Shown here piece by piece: positions 23,445 through 36,989 of a DNA stretch of 64,000 nt; the first letter of the stretch is position 1; each line of letters opens with the position of its first letter. The stretch covers positions 9,982,001 through 10,046,000 of the forward strand of contig CATNEN010000001.1 in the NCBI GenBank assembly GCA_950097015.1. The letters are read 5' to 3'. The translations under genes and the position numbers were made by a program. This stretch comes from Macrostomum hystrix. Its lineage: Eukaryota > Animalia > Platyhelminthes. Under the pieces are notes generated by a model. The model did no database searches. It saw nothing but the letters and a program-made list of their open reading frames with translations, and was not told the origin of the DNA.

Positions 23445-25394
23445 TATGACTTTGTTTCGACTGAGTGCAAGCAACAAAAAGACTAATTTTTTCTATAGCG
23501 TGAGCTAACTTTCCGACTAAGTCAAATGAACAGGAAACCTGAGAGTGAGATCTGCATACACAGGCTGTATTCGCTTTAACCTTAAGATCCGCAAGCAAAA
23601 TGCAAAAATACGTAAAAGTTGTCATTTTGAAATTTGTTTTCAGGGCGTTGTTAGTAATCATTATAACTATGTGCATTTATTTTTTCTTGAATTAAATCGA
23701 GATTTTTTAAAGACATTTGGTTCTGGCTCAATAAAATACAGATGCAGATCAGCTATTAAAAAAGAACAATTTCAATACAATAAGGTGCTTTAGTTTTATT
23801 GACAACCTTGCATATAAAAAATGCATGAGCCCCCTTTCTGTTTTTTTAAGTTTTACCATTTCCCGTCCTTTGGCTAATAGTTGACTAGACTACAGGGCTG
23901 TTGTTGAGTATATTTTTAGTACGTCCTGCTTTATTATTACGCTGCAAGACTATTATTAGTTGATGATCGTCACTATACTTCTCTCTTAACGGTTCATCGA
24001 ACGTACTCACACAAATCAAACACAGATCAAGATTTCAGCTTATAAATTTCTTTAAGAGAATGTCAAGGCCATGCTGAAACATTTTCTAAATGTATGCATT
24101 CAAATTATAATTATATATAGCGTTTTTTACAAGTTTTGACATGTTTTTTATAACGGCTGCTTTGGGCGAATATTATTACTTTTACTTCATTGGTTGAACT
24201 AAAAACCTTATAAACATGGTATCGAAGCTTTAAATGTTTAAATTATGCTTTAATTATGAATACTTTAATTTTTGAAAAGACAATTAGTTATTTCCTGTAT
24301 AGACAGTTTTTCCTGTTTGACTTTAGAGTTACTAACATATTTTGCGAGTGCATCTACTTATAGTAGGCTATTACTACCAAGCCAATCGACTCTGTAAAAT
24401 ACGAAACAATTCAGTGAGGGCATGTGAACGGCGAAATTATCACTTGCTTGTTGTTTGTGGTGAAATCGTAATTAAGCAGTTAGATGGTGTGTGTTAAAAT
24501 TTCTCAGCGCCTAACATTTTTCTCCAACAGATGCCATATTCAATCGTCCTCATCGATAGGCCTCACCAACTTACACAGCTTCTTGTTATCGAGGAAAATT
24601 ATATTATTCGCATATAATCTTTCATCACTAATTGGATCTAATTTTATTGTACTCGCTGTTGTGATTCATTTAGGCAAACTATTTGTTTTACAAAGCTTTG
24701 TTTGGCTTAAAGTACATGCATGTCTGCCCAGACGTGCTCATCTAATTTGCTTTCGGATAAATAATGAGAGACAATATTCTCAGACCGCAAATATATTGCT
24801 AGGATATGCTGCTCTTGTTTGCACACTGGAGTGCCACATTACGCTTCAGTACTTTATATTGATAGACACGGCGAGAAGCAGGCTACACTAACCTGTCAAT
24901 CTGTTTAATTTCCGTTCCTTTGTCATCACTCTTCTGGGGGCTGAGAAGTATGCATGCAAGTTGAGTTCATGGCACAACTGTATTTCACATTGTATCTATG
25001 GACTAATGCGAACCCAAAGTTTACACAAGCAACAGAAACTTATTGTGCATGGCTGCATGCCCTGCTTCTAGAAGAGAAGTACCCAGTCTCACCGCATCAG
25101 TTTTATGCTCGACGCCGTGATGCAAGCTACGAATTTATGACTTTCCGCGGTTATTCATTTAAAGCGAACACGACGAAGGATGTTATTCAAATGAACTCAG
25201 TGCGTGACAACTGTATTCGAAAATTGTATTTTCTCCCAGATAAAAATTCTCCTTTTTAATTCATCGGTCATCTTGGGTCCTCAAAGTACGAGCGAAAAGC
25301 AATCATAATTGTTCAGTGTAAACAACTGCCGAGGCCGTATTCATTGCATCAGGCTGCACTGTCAATAGAATAACACATGGAAGAGATGAAGCTG

Positions 25395-26265
25395 GGGAGA
25401 GATGAGACAGGAGTGAGATGAGACAGGAGAGAGATGAGACAGGAGTGAGATGAGACAGGAGTGAGATGAGACAGGAGTGAGATGAGACAGGAGAGAGATG
25501 AGACAGGAGTGAGATGAGACAGGAGTGAGATGAGACAGGAGTGAGATGAGACAGGAGTGAGATGAGACAGGAGTGAGATGAGACAGGAGTGAGATGAGAC
25601 AGGGGTGAGATGAGACAGGAGTGAGATGAGACAGGAGTGAGATTAAACAGGGGTGAGATGAGACAGGAGTGAGATGAGACAGGAGTGACATGAGACAGGA
25701 GTGAGATGAGACAGGGGTGAGATGAGACAGGAGTGAGATTAAACAGGGGTGAGATGAGACAGGAGTGAGATGAGACAGGAGTGACATGAGACAGGAGTGA
25801 GATGAGACAGGAGTGAGATGAGACAGGAGTGAGATTAAACAGGGGTGAGATGAGACAGGAGTGAGATGAGACAGGAGTGACATGAGACAGGAGTGAGATG
25901 AGACAGGGGTGAGATGAGACAGGAGTGAGATTAAACAGGGGTGAGATGAGACAGGAGTGAGATGAGACAGGAGTGAGATGAGACAGGAGTGAGATGAGAC
26001 AGAGGGGCTACAGGAGTGAGATGAGACAGGAGTGAGATGAGGCAGGAGTGAGATGAGACAGGAGTGAGATGAGACAGGAGTGAGATGAGACAAGAGTGAG
26101 ATGAACCAGGAGTGAGATGAGACAGAGGTGGGATGAGACAGGAGTCAGATGAGTCAGGAGTGAGATTAGACAGGTGTCCCCGATCAGATGATGGACGAGG
26201 AGTGACTGGAGAGATGAGGCAGGGAAGAAATGAGACGGTTGACACAGAAGAGATGAGACAGAGTA
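25395..26265. repeat. 16-bp minisatellite (gagatgagacaggagt)n
   Basis: Direct tandem repetition, degenerating at the right end. Confidence 0.95.
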
Positions 26266-26362
26266 GAGTAGGTGTCAAAAGGGGTCAGGGGCAGATTTAG
26301 GAGCTTTGCATAATACTAGGACCGCATCTGGCCCGTGGGCCGGAGGTTGTAATCCCCATCTA
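26265..26362. mobile_element. Possible hAT/Charlie-like MITE remnant
   Basis: Begins taggtgtcaaa and ends ggaccgcatctggcccgtgggccggaggttgtaatcccc, resembling Charlie-type termini with GGCCCGCGGGCC motifs. Degenerate. Confidence 0.3.
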
Positions 26363-27362
26363 AGGATGTATTGAGTTGTTGGGCATGAGATTGCGATCAT
26401 TATATATTTCTTTCCTAACGGGGAGTTACTTTGGTTCATAGGACTAAACAGCCCCTGTGAGAGAGAGGAGATGACAAGGAGGGAGAGAGGTAAAGAGGAA
26501 GGATTTCACTCTGGCAGGGATGGCGAAATGAAGTGCTTGTTCTGTTCCCTGTACGCGCTAACGCACACTGCTGAATTTAGTAAAGGGTGGATCTAAATCT
26601 GACTCGCCTAGGAAACTCTTCTCCCTTCTGTCGCCCATATATCCCAATCGATCGATGGGAAGACTGTATAGTTGGCGTACAGTGAGGCCAAGCAATGAGC
26701 TGTGTGTACTTGGGCAAAGAGAGAGAGAAGCAGAGAGGGAGAATGAGGCCGCAGCTGTTGCCTTCTGGGTTTCGGTTGGCTGAAGCGTCTACGCTGTAAT
26801 AGAATTCAGAAGGACAGCGGAGGAGGTGGGAGGCGGGCAGAACCGACACTGTAGCTGGTAGGACGAGCCCAAAGGATGACTGACGTTCGCGGAGGTTGAG
26901 GTTGGTTGACCTTGGTCTCTCTCTGGGAGTAGCGCTCTTCACATGGAGGGGAGAGAGGGGTGGCCAATGGGGCTTGCTGGGCGAGAAAACTTACTAAATT
27001 TTTGCAGTACTTCATGCTTATATATAACCATTAAATTCATTACATTGAATACTAGATCTTGAAAACACTTTTTTACTGAACAGCAGCCCCAACCTCCGCC
27101 TATCGGTGTCCAGCTGTACTGATTTTTTGTTTGGCTCAGACCAGAGTCGACGTGCAAAGAATTTTTCAGAGTCCGGACCGCCACCCCACCGCCACTCAGC
27201 CAGCCACCTCAATTTATTATTATTTAGGCAACACAAAGGGAGAGAGAGTTAGAGAGAGAAGAGAGCTAGCGTCGATAACAAAGCGTTTCAGCGATATCAA
27301 TAAAGTTGCGCGTGACTTAGCCGTCATCCATTTAGCCATCAGTTCGCATTGCCTAACAGATC

Positions 27363-30300
27363 ATGGGCAACCAAGTTACTAACCAGCAGCAGCAGCAGTC
27401 GCAGGAGCAGCCAAAGCAGCTGCAGACGCGACAACCCGTCAAACGAAAGGATCGGACGCAGATAAAGAAGCCAAGCTGGCTGACTGGAAAGCAGCAGCAG
27501 CAGAGCTCATCATCGGCTGCAGCAGTGAGCAAAAGCAGCGGCAGTGCTGTCAAATCTGGCAGTCAGAACAACGGCAACAGCAACAGCAAGAAGGAACGAC
27601 AGACCCAACCGCCGACAACTCTGGTTCAACCTGCCACCGATGCAAACAACAGGTCCAAGGTCAGAGAGGACAGCTTGACTAAAGTTGCTGCGAGCAACAC
27701 CGCCGCTGTCGTGCCCGCTGAGCTGACTCCGACCCCTGACTCGGCTAACCGCACCTGGTCCGATGAGACCTCGCTACCGCCACAGTCAACGCTGGAGCGG
27801 CAGCTGGAGCCAACGGTCGATAACGAAGAGAATAATAAAAAGCCATTCATGAGCGGTCATCGGCAGAGGGACAGTGGCATCTCGCAGTTGAGCACGGAAG
27901 AATTCGAGCGTGCCTTTGAAGAGCTGGCTGCTCGCTGCGCATTGGACCAGCAGCAGCATTCGTCACCAACATCTCCTGAAGTAGCTGTAGATGCTGAAAC
28001 TGAAATTCAAGAGCTTCTGGTTCCGCGCCTTCGGCCGAAGCATTCTCCGCCACTGCGTCATCAGGCCAGAGGCGCTCAGGAGGCTGCAGCCGCCGCTCTC
28101 GTGGCCACGGAGGAGCAGCTTCTGCTGCGCCAGGAGCTGCTGCTGCTGACACCGTCAAGCACAGCAGACGACTCTGGCAGGCACTCGGCCTGCAGCGTCG
28201 TCAACGACGATCACCTGTTCCCGGACTCCGTGACGCCGTGCAAAGTGGACAGCGGGCTGCTCAACGATTACGACGTGCCCTACATGGACGACGAGACCTT
28301 CTTTGTGCTGGACGATTGGTACATCACTGACGACAGGCGCTGGTCCTATCTGCGCAGGTCGGGCACTCCACAGCTCGCCAGCTGGGAAGATTGCCAGCTC
28401 ACGGTGTCCGGTGAGTTGCATTTCCAGCTTTGCTTGAAGTTAATTACTGGTCGTAGGCTATGTGGTTAGAACGTCAGACTCACGACTTGAAGGTCGGGGG
28501 TTCAATTTACGACTCTCTTGGAACATTTTGCGTACTTTAGCAATATGCTTAAACTCTACTGGGGTAGACTTTTTATCTTCATCCTCGGATTCGAACCCAG
28601 GACCCTCTGTTCCGTTCTAGGAAGTCACTTTCGTCGTCCAGTGTCAGTTTATGAGTTAATTTATTCCAATCTTTCCCGAAATTAGCTCAGTGAAAAGAAG
28701 ATCTCTGGATTACTCCAAAAAGTGAATAAATTCCCGATTCTTATTGAAGCATTCCCTCTTTTATCTGCGGACTGCAGGCTTGGCTGATGAAGCCTTTGGG
28801 GAATTCGTAGTGGGCAGAAATATTCACAGAAGAAAGAAATTCAAGACACGGACAGAATGAAAATAGTTGGGATTGGGATAAGCTACGGCCGAGTTTCCTA
28901 GATTAGTAACTTCCTTCTATCCTAGAAAAGATAGGTGTATGCTAATACTGAACAGTTTTTTGCCCAACATAGAACGCTATGCCCATTAGACTGCCCGGAC
29001 AGATAATTTACGACTTGTAAAATGCGCAGATTGGATAAATTTCATACATATTTCTTTAAAACCTTACAATGTATTATTGTAGTGTTTCACAATATGCCTA
29101 CATGTGGCTGGGTATAGTTTTTTTCGCTGTCTTGTCGCGCGTGATCAAGCATGAGTAGGCATGGTTCGCTAGATTTCCAGTAGGAAAATGCGAAGACTAA
29201 TGCGAGTAGGTTTTCAGGTCAGTTGTTACTGAGCAATTAGCTGAGTAGCTTTGCTATCTATGAGCCTTATTGTCTTCTACATGCCAACTTTCCTGCTATC
29301 TATGAGCCTTATTGTCTTCTACATGCCAACTTTCCTGCTATCTATGAGCCTTATTGTCTTCTACATGCCAACTTTCCTGCTATCTATGAGCCTTTTTCTC
29401 TTCTACATGCCAACTTTCCTGCTATCTATGAGCCTTTTTCTCTTCTCTCAATCTCTCACGCTCTCACTCTCTCACTCTCTCACTCTCTCACTCTCTCAAT
29501 CTCTCACTCTCTCAATCTCTCACTCTCTCACTCTCTCACTCTCTCACTCTCTCACTCTCTCACTCTCTCACTCTCTCACTCTCTCACTCTCTCACTCTCT
29601 CACTCTCTCACTCTCTCACTCTCTCAATCTCTCACTCTCTCACTCTCTCAATCTCTCACTCTCTCACTCTCTCACTCTCTCACTCTCTCACTCTCTCACT
29701 CTCTCACTCTCTCACTCTCTCGATCTCTCAATCTCTCAATCTCTCACTCTCTCACTCTCTCCCTCTCTCACTCTCTCACTCTCTCACTCTCTCACTCTCT
29801 CACTCTCTCAATCTCTCACTCTCTCACTCTCTCACTCTCTCACTCTCTCACTCTCTCACTCTCTCACTCTCTCACTCTCTCGATCTCTCACTCTCTCACT
29901 CTCTCACTCTCTCACTCTCTCGATCTCTCACTCTCTCACTCTCTCACTCTCTCACTCTCTCACTCTCTCACTCTCTCACTCTCTCGATCTCTCAATCTCT
30001 CACTCTCTCACTATCTCACTCTCTCACTCTCTCACTCTCTCACTCTCTCACTCTCTCACTCTCTCACTCTCTCTCTCTCACTCTCTCGATCTCTCACTCT
30101 CTCACTCTTTCACTCTCTCACTCTCTCAATCTCTCACTCTCTCACTCTCTCACTCTCTCACTCTCTCACTCTCTCAATCTCTCACTCTCTCAATCTCTCA
30201 ATCTCTCACTCTCTCACTCTCTCACTCTCTCACTCTCTCACTCTCTCACTCTCTCGATCTCTCACTCTCTCACTCTCTCACTCTCTCACTCTCTCAATCT

Positions 30301-30488
30301 CTCACTCTCTCGATCTCTCACTCTCTCACTCTCTCAATCTCTCACTCTCTCAATCTCTCACTCTCTCGATCTCTCGATCTCTCACTCTCTCACTCTCTCA
30401 CTCTCTCACTCTCTCACTCTCTCCCTCTCTCACTATCTCACTCTCTCACTCTCTCACTCTCTCACTCTCTCACTCTCTCACTCTCTCA

Positions 30489-30521
<33 letters not shown>

Positions 30522-30621
30522 TCACTCTCTCACTCTCTCACTCTCTCACTCTCTCACTCTCTCACTCTCTCTCTCTCTCTCTCACTCTCTCACTCTCTCA
30601 CTCTCTCACTCTCTCACTCTC

Positions 30622-30659
<38 letters not shown>

Positions 30660-30860
30660 TCGATCTCTCACTCTCTCACTCTCTCACTCTCTCACTCTCT
30701 CGATCTCTCACTCTCTCACTCTCTCACTCTCTCACTCTCTCAATCTCTCACTCTCTCACTCTCTCACTCTCTCACTCTCTCACTCTCTCACTCTCTCACT
30801 CTCTCTCTCTCTCTCTCTCACTCTCTCACTCTCTCACTCTCTCACTCTCTCACTCTCTCA

Positions 30861-30891
<31 letters not shown>

Positions 30892-30939
30892 TCACTCTCT
30901 CACTCTCTCACTCTCTCACTCTCTCACTCTCTCACTCTC

Positions 30940-30979
<40 letters not shown>

Positions 30980-33900
30980 TCGATCTCTCACTCTCTCACT
31001 CTCTCACTCTCTCACTCTCTCAATCTCTCACTCTCTCGATCTCTCACTCTCTCACTCTCTCACTCTCTCACTCTCTCACTCTCTCCCTCTCTCACTCTCT
31101 CACTCTCTCACTCTCTCCCTCTCTCACTATCTCACTCTCTCACTCTCTCACTCTCTCACTCTCTCACTCTCTCACTCTCTCACTCTCTCTCTCTCTCTCA
31201 CTCTCTCACTCTCTCACTCTCTCACTCTCTCACTCTCTCACTCTCTCACTCTCTCACTCTCTCGATCTCTCACTCTCTCACTCTCTCACTCTCTCACTCT
31301 CTCGATCTCTCACTCTCACACTCTCACACTCTCAATAATTAAATGTGTGCACAACTGCAAATCACGGAAAGTGTCACTTTGACTAACTTATACTAAATTA
31401 GCTGCTGGATAATTAGCAACTTATCGTTTTTTATTTCGTCGACTTCAGACTTCAGAGTCAAGAGTGGCATAATTCTGCCCTAGATGTGTACAATCTGTGG
31501 CTTCCGTGTGGTTAGACTTGAAGGAGATTAATTACCAGAGCCTCACTGTTTATCCCCTCCGTTATTTATCCCTGTTTTTCTTTCTCCTCAACGCCTTATC
31601 GCCATATTTTTCGGCAACTGTATCGCATTTGATTACACAGCATCGAGTCTAACCCCTGCGATTGCAGTTGAAGCTATTTCCAGAAGTCGGCATGGCACTT
31701 TGCCCAAACGAATCGCTGATTTTATTTACCAAAGCAGGGCTAGCCCTGGGCGAAATCGCAGCTCTTTATTCGTTATCGTATATCCGAGTAATGAAATTAA
31801 CTATCCGAATTTATGCGACTTTAAAGCACGAGTAGAGACAGAAATATAAGATGCTTTATAGAAATTATTGGCTTAAAAAGTTTTTTATCTAGATTTAACA
31901 TTATTAGCGTATTCTGGGTGTCAATAAGAAAATTTTTGTTTCTAAAAATAGAACTACCCGATTCCGCATGTTCACATGCAACTGTACATCATGTGGGTAA
32001 GAAAGATTTTCATGAATGAATCTAAAAATAGAGTAGCCAATCAAATCTCGCCTTGACTTTGTCCTAAAAAGAATTAACGTGTTATAATGTCAGCAGAAAC
32101 AAAAAGCTAAAACTCCTTTGTTCAGTATTTAAAACAAGTAGCACTGATATATCTGCAGGCTATTCTGGCCAGCAAGAATGCTTTTCGATGCTTGAATTAA
32201 TGCACAATAACAGACTTTAGCCACAGTTTAATCAAAAGTTTTTGTGCACTTTCCGCAGGATGCAATTAGTAAATTGTCACTTCATCGGTGGCATTTAGAA
32301 ACAACTGCTTGGTCGATAGCAATCTTAAGAAAAAGCGTTTAGTTAATCCCACCCAATCCTCTTTTTCAAGTTCTTTGCTTCGGAGATTATATATTTTTTC
32401 TCAGCTCGCCAAATAAGTTTGGAGGCTCACTGGGCCTGGGATTAGACTTTGCAATTACTGCCTTAGTGGACCAGCTAAACTCATTCGGTCGATCTAGTGG
32501 CAGCAAATTAGCATGAATTTGTTTACATCCTTGGCCCCAGTTGATTTCTCCGGTCTTTATTAAGAGGCTCGCTTTAACAAACACCCTTCCGTATGAACTG
32601 ACCCGGTCTATTAAACTGCGCAATGAGACATTTTTTCTTTTTGAAGATATAGTAAATTAGCAAAGTAAACTTGGTACTGTATAGTTGTTTCATAAAGTTA
32701 GTCTTTCAGTTTGACTTTTACGAAAGTATCATCAGAATCTGAAAATTACTATCTTAGTACATTCTTGTCTGCGCGTCCCACGTTCTACTGTGGTCTCGAA
32801 AATCGTTAACAAGTTATTTCCTTATTAACGAAGATATAAAAGTCGAACTATAATTTCTTGAGTTTTTACTGGTTGTTAACTTTTGGGTTTTTCCGAAATA
32901 GGGATAATGAGAATCTTTGTTGTTCTGTTCTGATAAATATCTCACTTCATCTCAGCACAGACTTTTTCTGGTTTGAAAAATCTCTAAAGGAAATATTTTA
33001 ACGTACGAAATTAAGTCTGCATTACCTAAACGTATATTAGCAATCGAATTTTAAGTAAACGAAGTGATTAGCTGAGATTAAGATAATTAAACAGCTTTAT
33101 TTACTTTATTGTTTAGAGAAAGTTTTCGATTTAATATACCGTTCTTAACACATTGAGGCGAGCTCCGCTGCCTATGTAAATGTTTTGCTTGGATTAAAAA
33201 AATTCCCCATGTTAAGTTAATATTCAGTTGTAACATGTAGCCAGGGTAAATGGCTGCGCTTAAACGGTCCACGCATATTGATTATTGGGTCCTAAATCAA
33301 TAGAATTCCTATTTCTTATAAGGCGTGTTTTTTTCAATTTCTCTAAGTTTGCATTTAAATTCAGGAGCTAATGTTGGCTAGCTTCAAATTAATCCCGTTT
33401 ACTTGCTTATTGAATGTCAGTAAAAAGCTAAATAATTTGAAATTAATATTTAATTTTCAGAGCGTGGGCGTTGGGGAACCTACACACAGACAAATACATT
33501 ATAGGGTGGCGTAATGAGTTAAATACCGACAAAATTACAGGCATATACCCAGTGATTCTGGAATTTGAGACAGCCAGACAGTGACTATGACAGTGACATC
33601 GTATAAGAGAAGTAACAGACGTACAGACACACCGACGTACAGACACACCGACGTACAGACACACCGACGTACAGACACACCGACGTACAGACACACCGAC
33701 GTACAGACACACCGACGTACAGACACACCGACGTACAGACACACCGACGTACAGACACACCGACGTACAGACACAAACAAATACACACAAACAAAGACAC
33801 ACAGAAACAAAGACACACAGAAACAAAGACACACAGAAACAAAGACACACAAACAATGACACACAAACAATGACACACAAACAAAGACACACAAACAAAG

Positions 33901-34211
33901 ACACACAGAGACAAAGACACACAGAGACAAAGAAAAACAAATGTACCCACAAGATGCTTACAAACGTTCAGACGTATTACAGCAATGAAAAGCGGCTATA
34001 AAAATGCTGACAAATCCAAATTTTTAGACAGTATCACAGAAGAAACAAATATGGCTCTTATAATACAAAAAATGGTTTCAAAAATCCTTGCTCGCAATCC
34101 ACGCGTTATTTGTTCTCGACAATTGCAGCTCCCATCAGTCCAAAGCCGACTCCTAAAGTGTCCCGCCGTGGTCTGTTCGGCCTCTGCTTCGGAATGAAGT
34201 CGAGAGCATAA
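27363..34211 (+). CDS. Uncharacterised, largely disordered protein, ~376 aa (exon 27363-28410 plus probable terminal exon 34129-34211)
   Basis: GC-rich ORF starting MGNQVT with a strong donor G|gtgagt at 28411. An in-phase acceptor (ttgcag) at 34128 gives APISPKPTPKVSRRGLFGLCFGMKSRA*. The terminal exon choice is inferred; internal exons are possible. Confidence 0.6.
28452..28560 (+). mobile_element. Degenerate tRNA-derived SINE copy, related to the one at 21480-21640
   Basis: taggctatgtggttagaacgtcagactcacgacttgaaggtcgggggttcaat...acattttgcgtacttt parallels the head and start of the body of the CLIC-intron SINE. A further B-box (GGTTCGAATCC, minus strand) lies at ~28586-28600. Confidence 0.5.
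29250..29445. repeat. 42-bp minisatellite, ~4.5 copies
   Basis: tgctatctatgagccttattgtcttctacatgccaactttcc repeated in tandem, directly abutting the CT array. Confidence 0.9.
29445..31335. repeat. (CTCTCTCA)n 8-bp/CT-rich simple repeat, ~1.9 kb
   Basis: Strongly pyrimidine-biased strand; source of the spurious 695-aa SLSH ORF. Confidence 0.97.
33614..33930. repeat. 16-bp (acagacacaccgacgt)n grading into 14-16-bp (acacacagaaacaaag) units
   Basis: Direct tandem repetition with a unit switch near 33775. Confidence 0.9.
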
Positions 34212-36989
34212 ACACCGTTGTACTAACACACCCTACTAACTACTGATCTGGTTCATCGAGTAGTGTGATATGCGCATGATATTAACAAACTCAGCATGTT
34301 TGCTAATTTGATGCAAAATTTCCAGTAAGTTTTTCCTTCGCAAAAATGTTGGACAAAATCGCTTTTACTTAATTTCGGTGTTGTTTACTTGTCAATTCGT
34401 AGCGAATGAAGTTTGGACATTAATAGTTGTTGTTTGTCTTTTGTCTTTATTAATTGATAATTTTGTATCTCGGCATAACTCGAGTTGAAATTGTTCTACT
34501 TTGAATGAGGAGATCATTTGGCACATCTTGAAACTAAGCCTCCAGTGATCCTTGTACAGTCCCAGCAATTGCTTCCGTTTTTTGACATGCCTTGATTGCA
34601 CCTTTTTCAGTTTAGTTTTCCCATGTTATAACTGGAAGGGGCCAGAGAGTGTCTTCCATGGCCTTCAATTAAACAGCTTTATTTACTTTATTGATTGTGT
34701 CTTACCTGATTGAAATGAATAAGTTTAGTTTTGTTGTTGCGATACAATTTTTTGCTTTTGTTTATCTTGTCGCTTGTACTTTAGCTAATGATCAGCGCGT
34801 TAAAACTTGATTTCGGAATTCTCCCCTTTATCAACACGTTAATTATCAAATTTATCTAATCTATTTTTTCTGTTTTCCCATTGCTAAGTCATTTTTGCTT
34901 TGCCTTTAGTACATTTGACGAAATGATTATGTACACCAGAGTTCACCAATCAGAAGCCATACCCACCTCTGCCACCCACCCCACTCCGTGTCCCCCAATT
35001 ATTTTTACCCAAGAACTTGTTGATTTTCGGTGCCCGCTCGCTAATCGTTTATGAACTTCATTTAATCCAATGCTTCTATGAGTATGTATGAGTATGAGTA
35101 TGTTTCTATGTCAATGCTAGCTTATCAGTTCACTCTACCGAGTTGGCATTCCGATGGCAACAACAACGGCAGCCAACAGCTCCATCATGTTATCCGCATG
35201 GTCCTCTGGACTACGCATTAAGAACTTGACGAAACCGTTTAACAGGAAAAAACTTTTTTGCTCTAGTAGAGTTTCATAGTTACATAATTCAATTATTGAT
35301 TGCAGACAGCCACCCAACTCACTCTGTGATCACTCAGCCAATCGGAAGATTCGTGTATTTTGTTCTTACCATTCCGATGGGTTGGTTATAATTGATTATG
35401 AATATTTAGCGACTTCACTCGACTCTGCATGGACCAATCTTTACACTTTTCGCGCACACCAAGAGTTTCTGTTCAATGTAGTTTTTATTTTCTTATGATC
35501 TATTGTTTTTGGTGATTTTCAGTGAGTTTGCTTTCTACAGAGTTGAGACTGCTGTGTTCGTGAGATCCGGGCGCATGTTTGTAGTGAGGTTTCGCACTAA
35601 ATATTGATTGCGATTGTTACTTAAATAGGCCACTCGTTTGACATCAGCTCACTCTAAGTCGCTTGTCAGAGCTCCCCACTAAACTTGTGGGGTTCGGCCG
35701 TTTTTTTCAACACCTCCGCTGCACGGATGGCAACATCCAGTGACAGAGGAGGTGGCGGTGCTGCTAGCGCGTGTGCTGCTGTGTCGCATTGGTGGCTGCT
35801 AGGAAATTGCACTCTAGTCTTATAAGCTAGTTTCTTTAAAGTGCGAGTACAATGCGTCCATCTTATCAATTTAGCAGTCTCAAACATCTCCAAAGTTTAT
35901 CAGCTTTGATACGTTTATCAGTGTGTGCCGTGAATGAGTGTTTATTAGAGAACTGGAATACACAGTCGTTTACAATTTAACCTGCGAATGTATTATCAAG
36001 CGCTAAACTGCCCTTTGTTGCACTGATCTTTGTTGGTGTACATTTTTGTCTGTCAAATCGTACACCGATTGAGAAAGAGAGCAGTTATCATCTGTCATCT
36101 GTATTTCGCCTACCTGTTTGCCGTGTATCCATATTTAGGACATCGGAAACTGCAGCTTGTGTTGTGTATTTCAATACTTCATTTTAATACGAGCGTACTC
36201 ATAATTATGCGTGTACTTTCATTATCCATCAGTTTTGTCGTTAATATCCCTTTATGTTGCGTCACCTGTTTTCAAACATCGCGCCATTTCATTTGCTATT
36301 TTCTGTGTTCTGTTTTTCTTTAATTGTTATCGCGAAATCGACTAGATCTGACTTTGAAAATGGAATTTCCAGAAGTTTGCAAAAAATTCGCACGTGAAAT
36401 TGATTTATCAACATTGTAGTTTTGTTTCAGTTGCAAATACTCAAACTGTTATATTAACATTCGGTTAAGTATCTGCGTGCAAGTCTCATGTCTTATGCCA
36501 GTTCTCATTGACTAAAGTTATTTAACTCTCTAGATATTCGGGTTGGTTCAAATTAGTTTAAGATTTCCAATAGTGGTAAAATAAATAACGTTTTTTGGTG
36601 TTCGTTATCCAAGTGCTTAACTTAACAGCACCGAGTTATCTGATTAATTGTTTTCATTTATTTTTGTTACAAATGTATTAAACAAAATGGAAAATCCTTG
36701 CTATTTTTGAGTCGGAAATCAGATAAAAGCGGCATACACACTAGTTCTTAAGCGGTACCGGGAAAATGATAGTAGGTTACAAGTCTAGTTTTAGATAAGA
36801 AGCTCAGTGGCCTTAACCAACAGTTGCTTCAACTCCCTCCGCCCGTCTCTGGTTGCCCGCTCGCATTTTCAGCTTATCTGGTGCAGTCAATCAGCATAGA
36901 AGCGGGTGACGACAATAAAAGCAGCAGTCAGTTTTGCTCACTCTGCAATTTCCCAGAGCCTCTGCTTCAGTCCTAGCCTGACAAGACAG

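Noticed and set aside
24484-25259. 135-aa and 101-aa plus-strand ORFs
   Set aside because: AT-rich, no motifs; more likely CLIC upstream/UTR-intron sequence.
29251-31338. 695-aa ORF (SLSH/SLTL repeats)
   Set aside because: Translation of the 42-bp and CTCTCTCA simple repeats; no coding complexity; lies in a probable intron.
31449-31483. Alternative terminal exon for the 27363 gene (DFRVKSGIILP*)
   Set aside because: In phase and possible, but shorter and less coding-like than 34129-34211; cannot be decided without transcripts.
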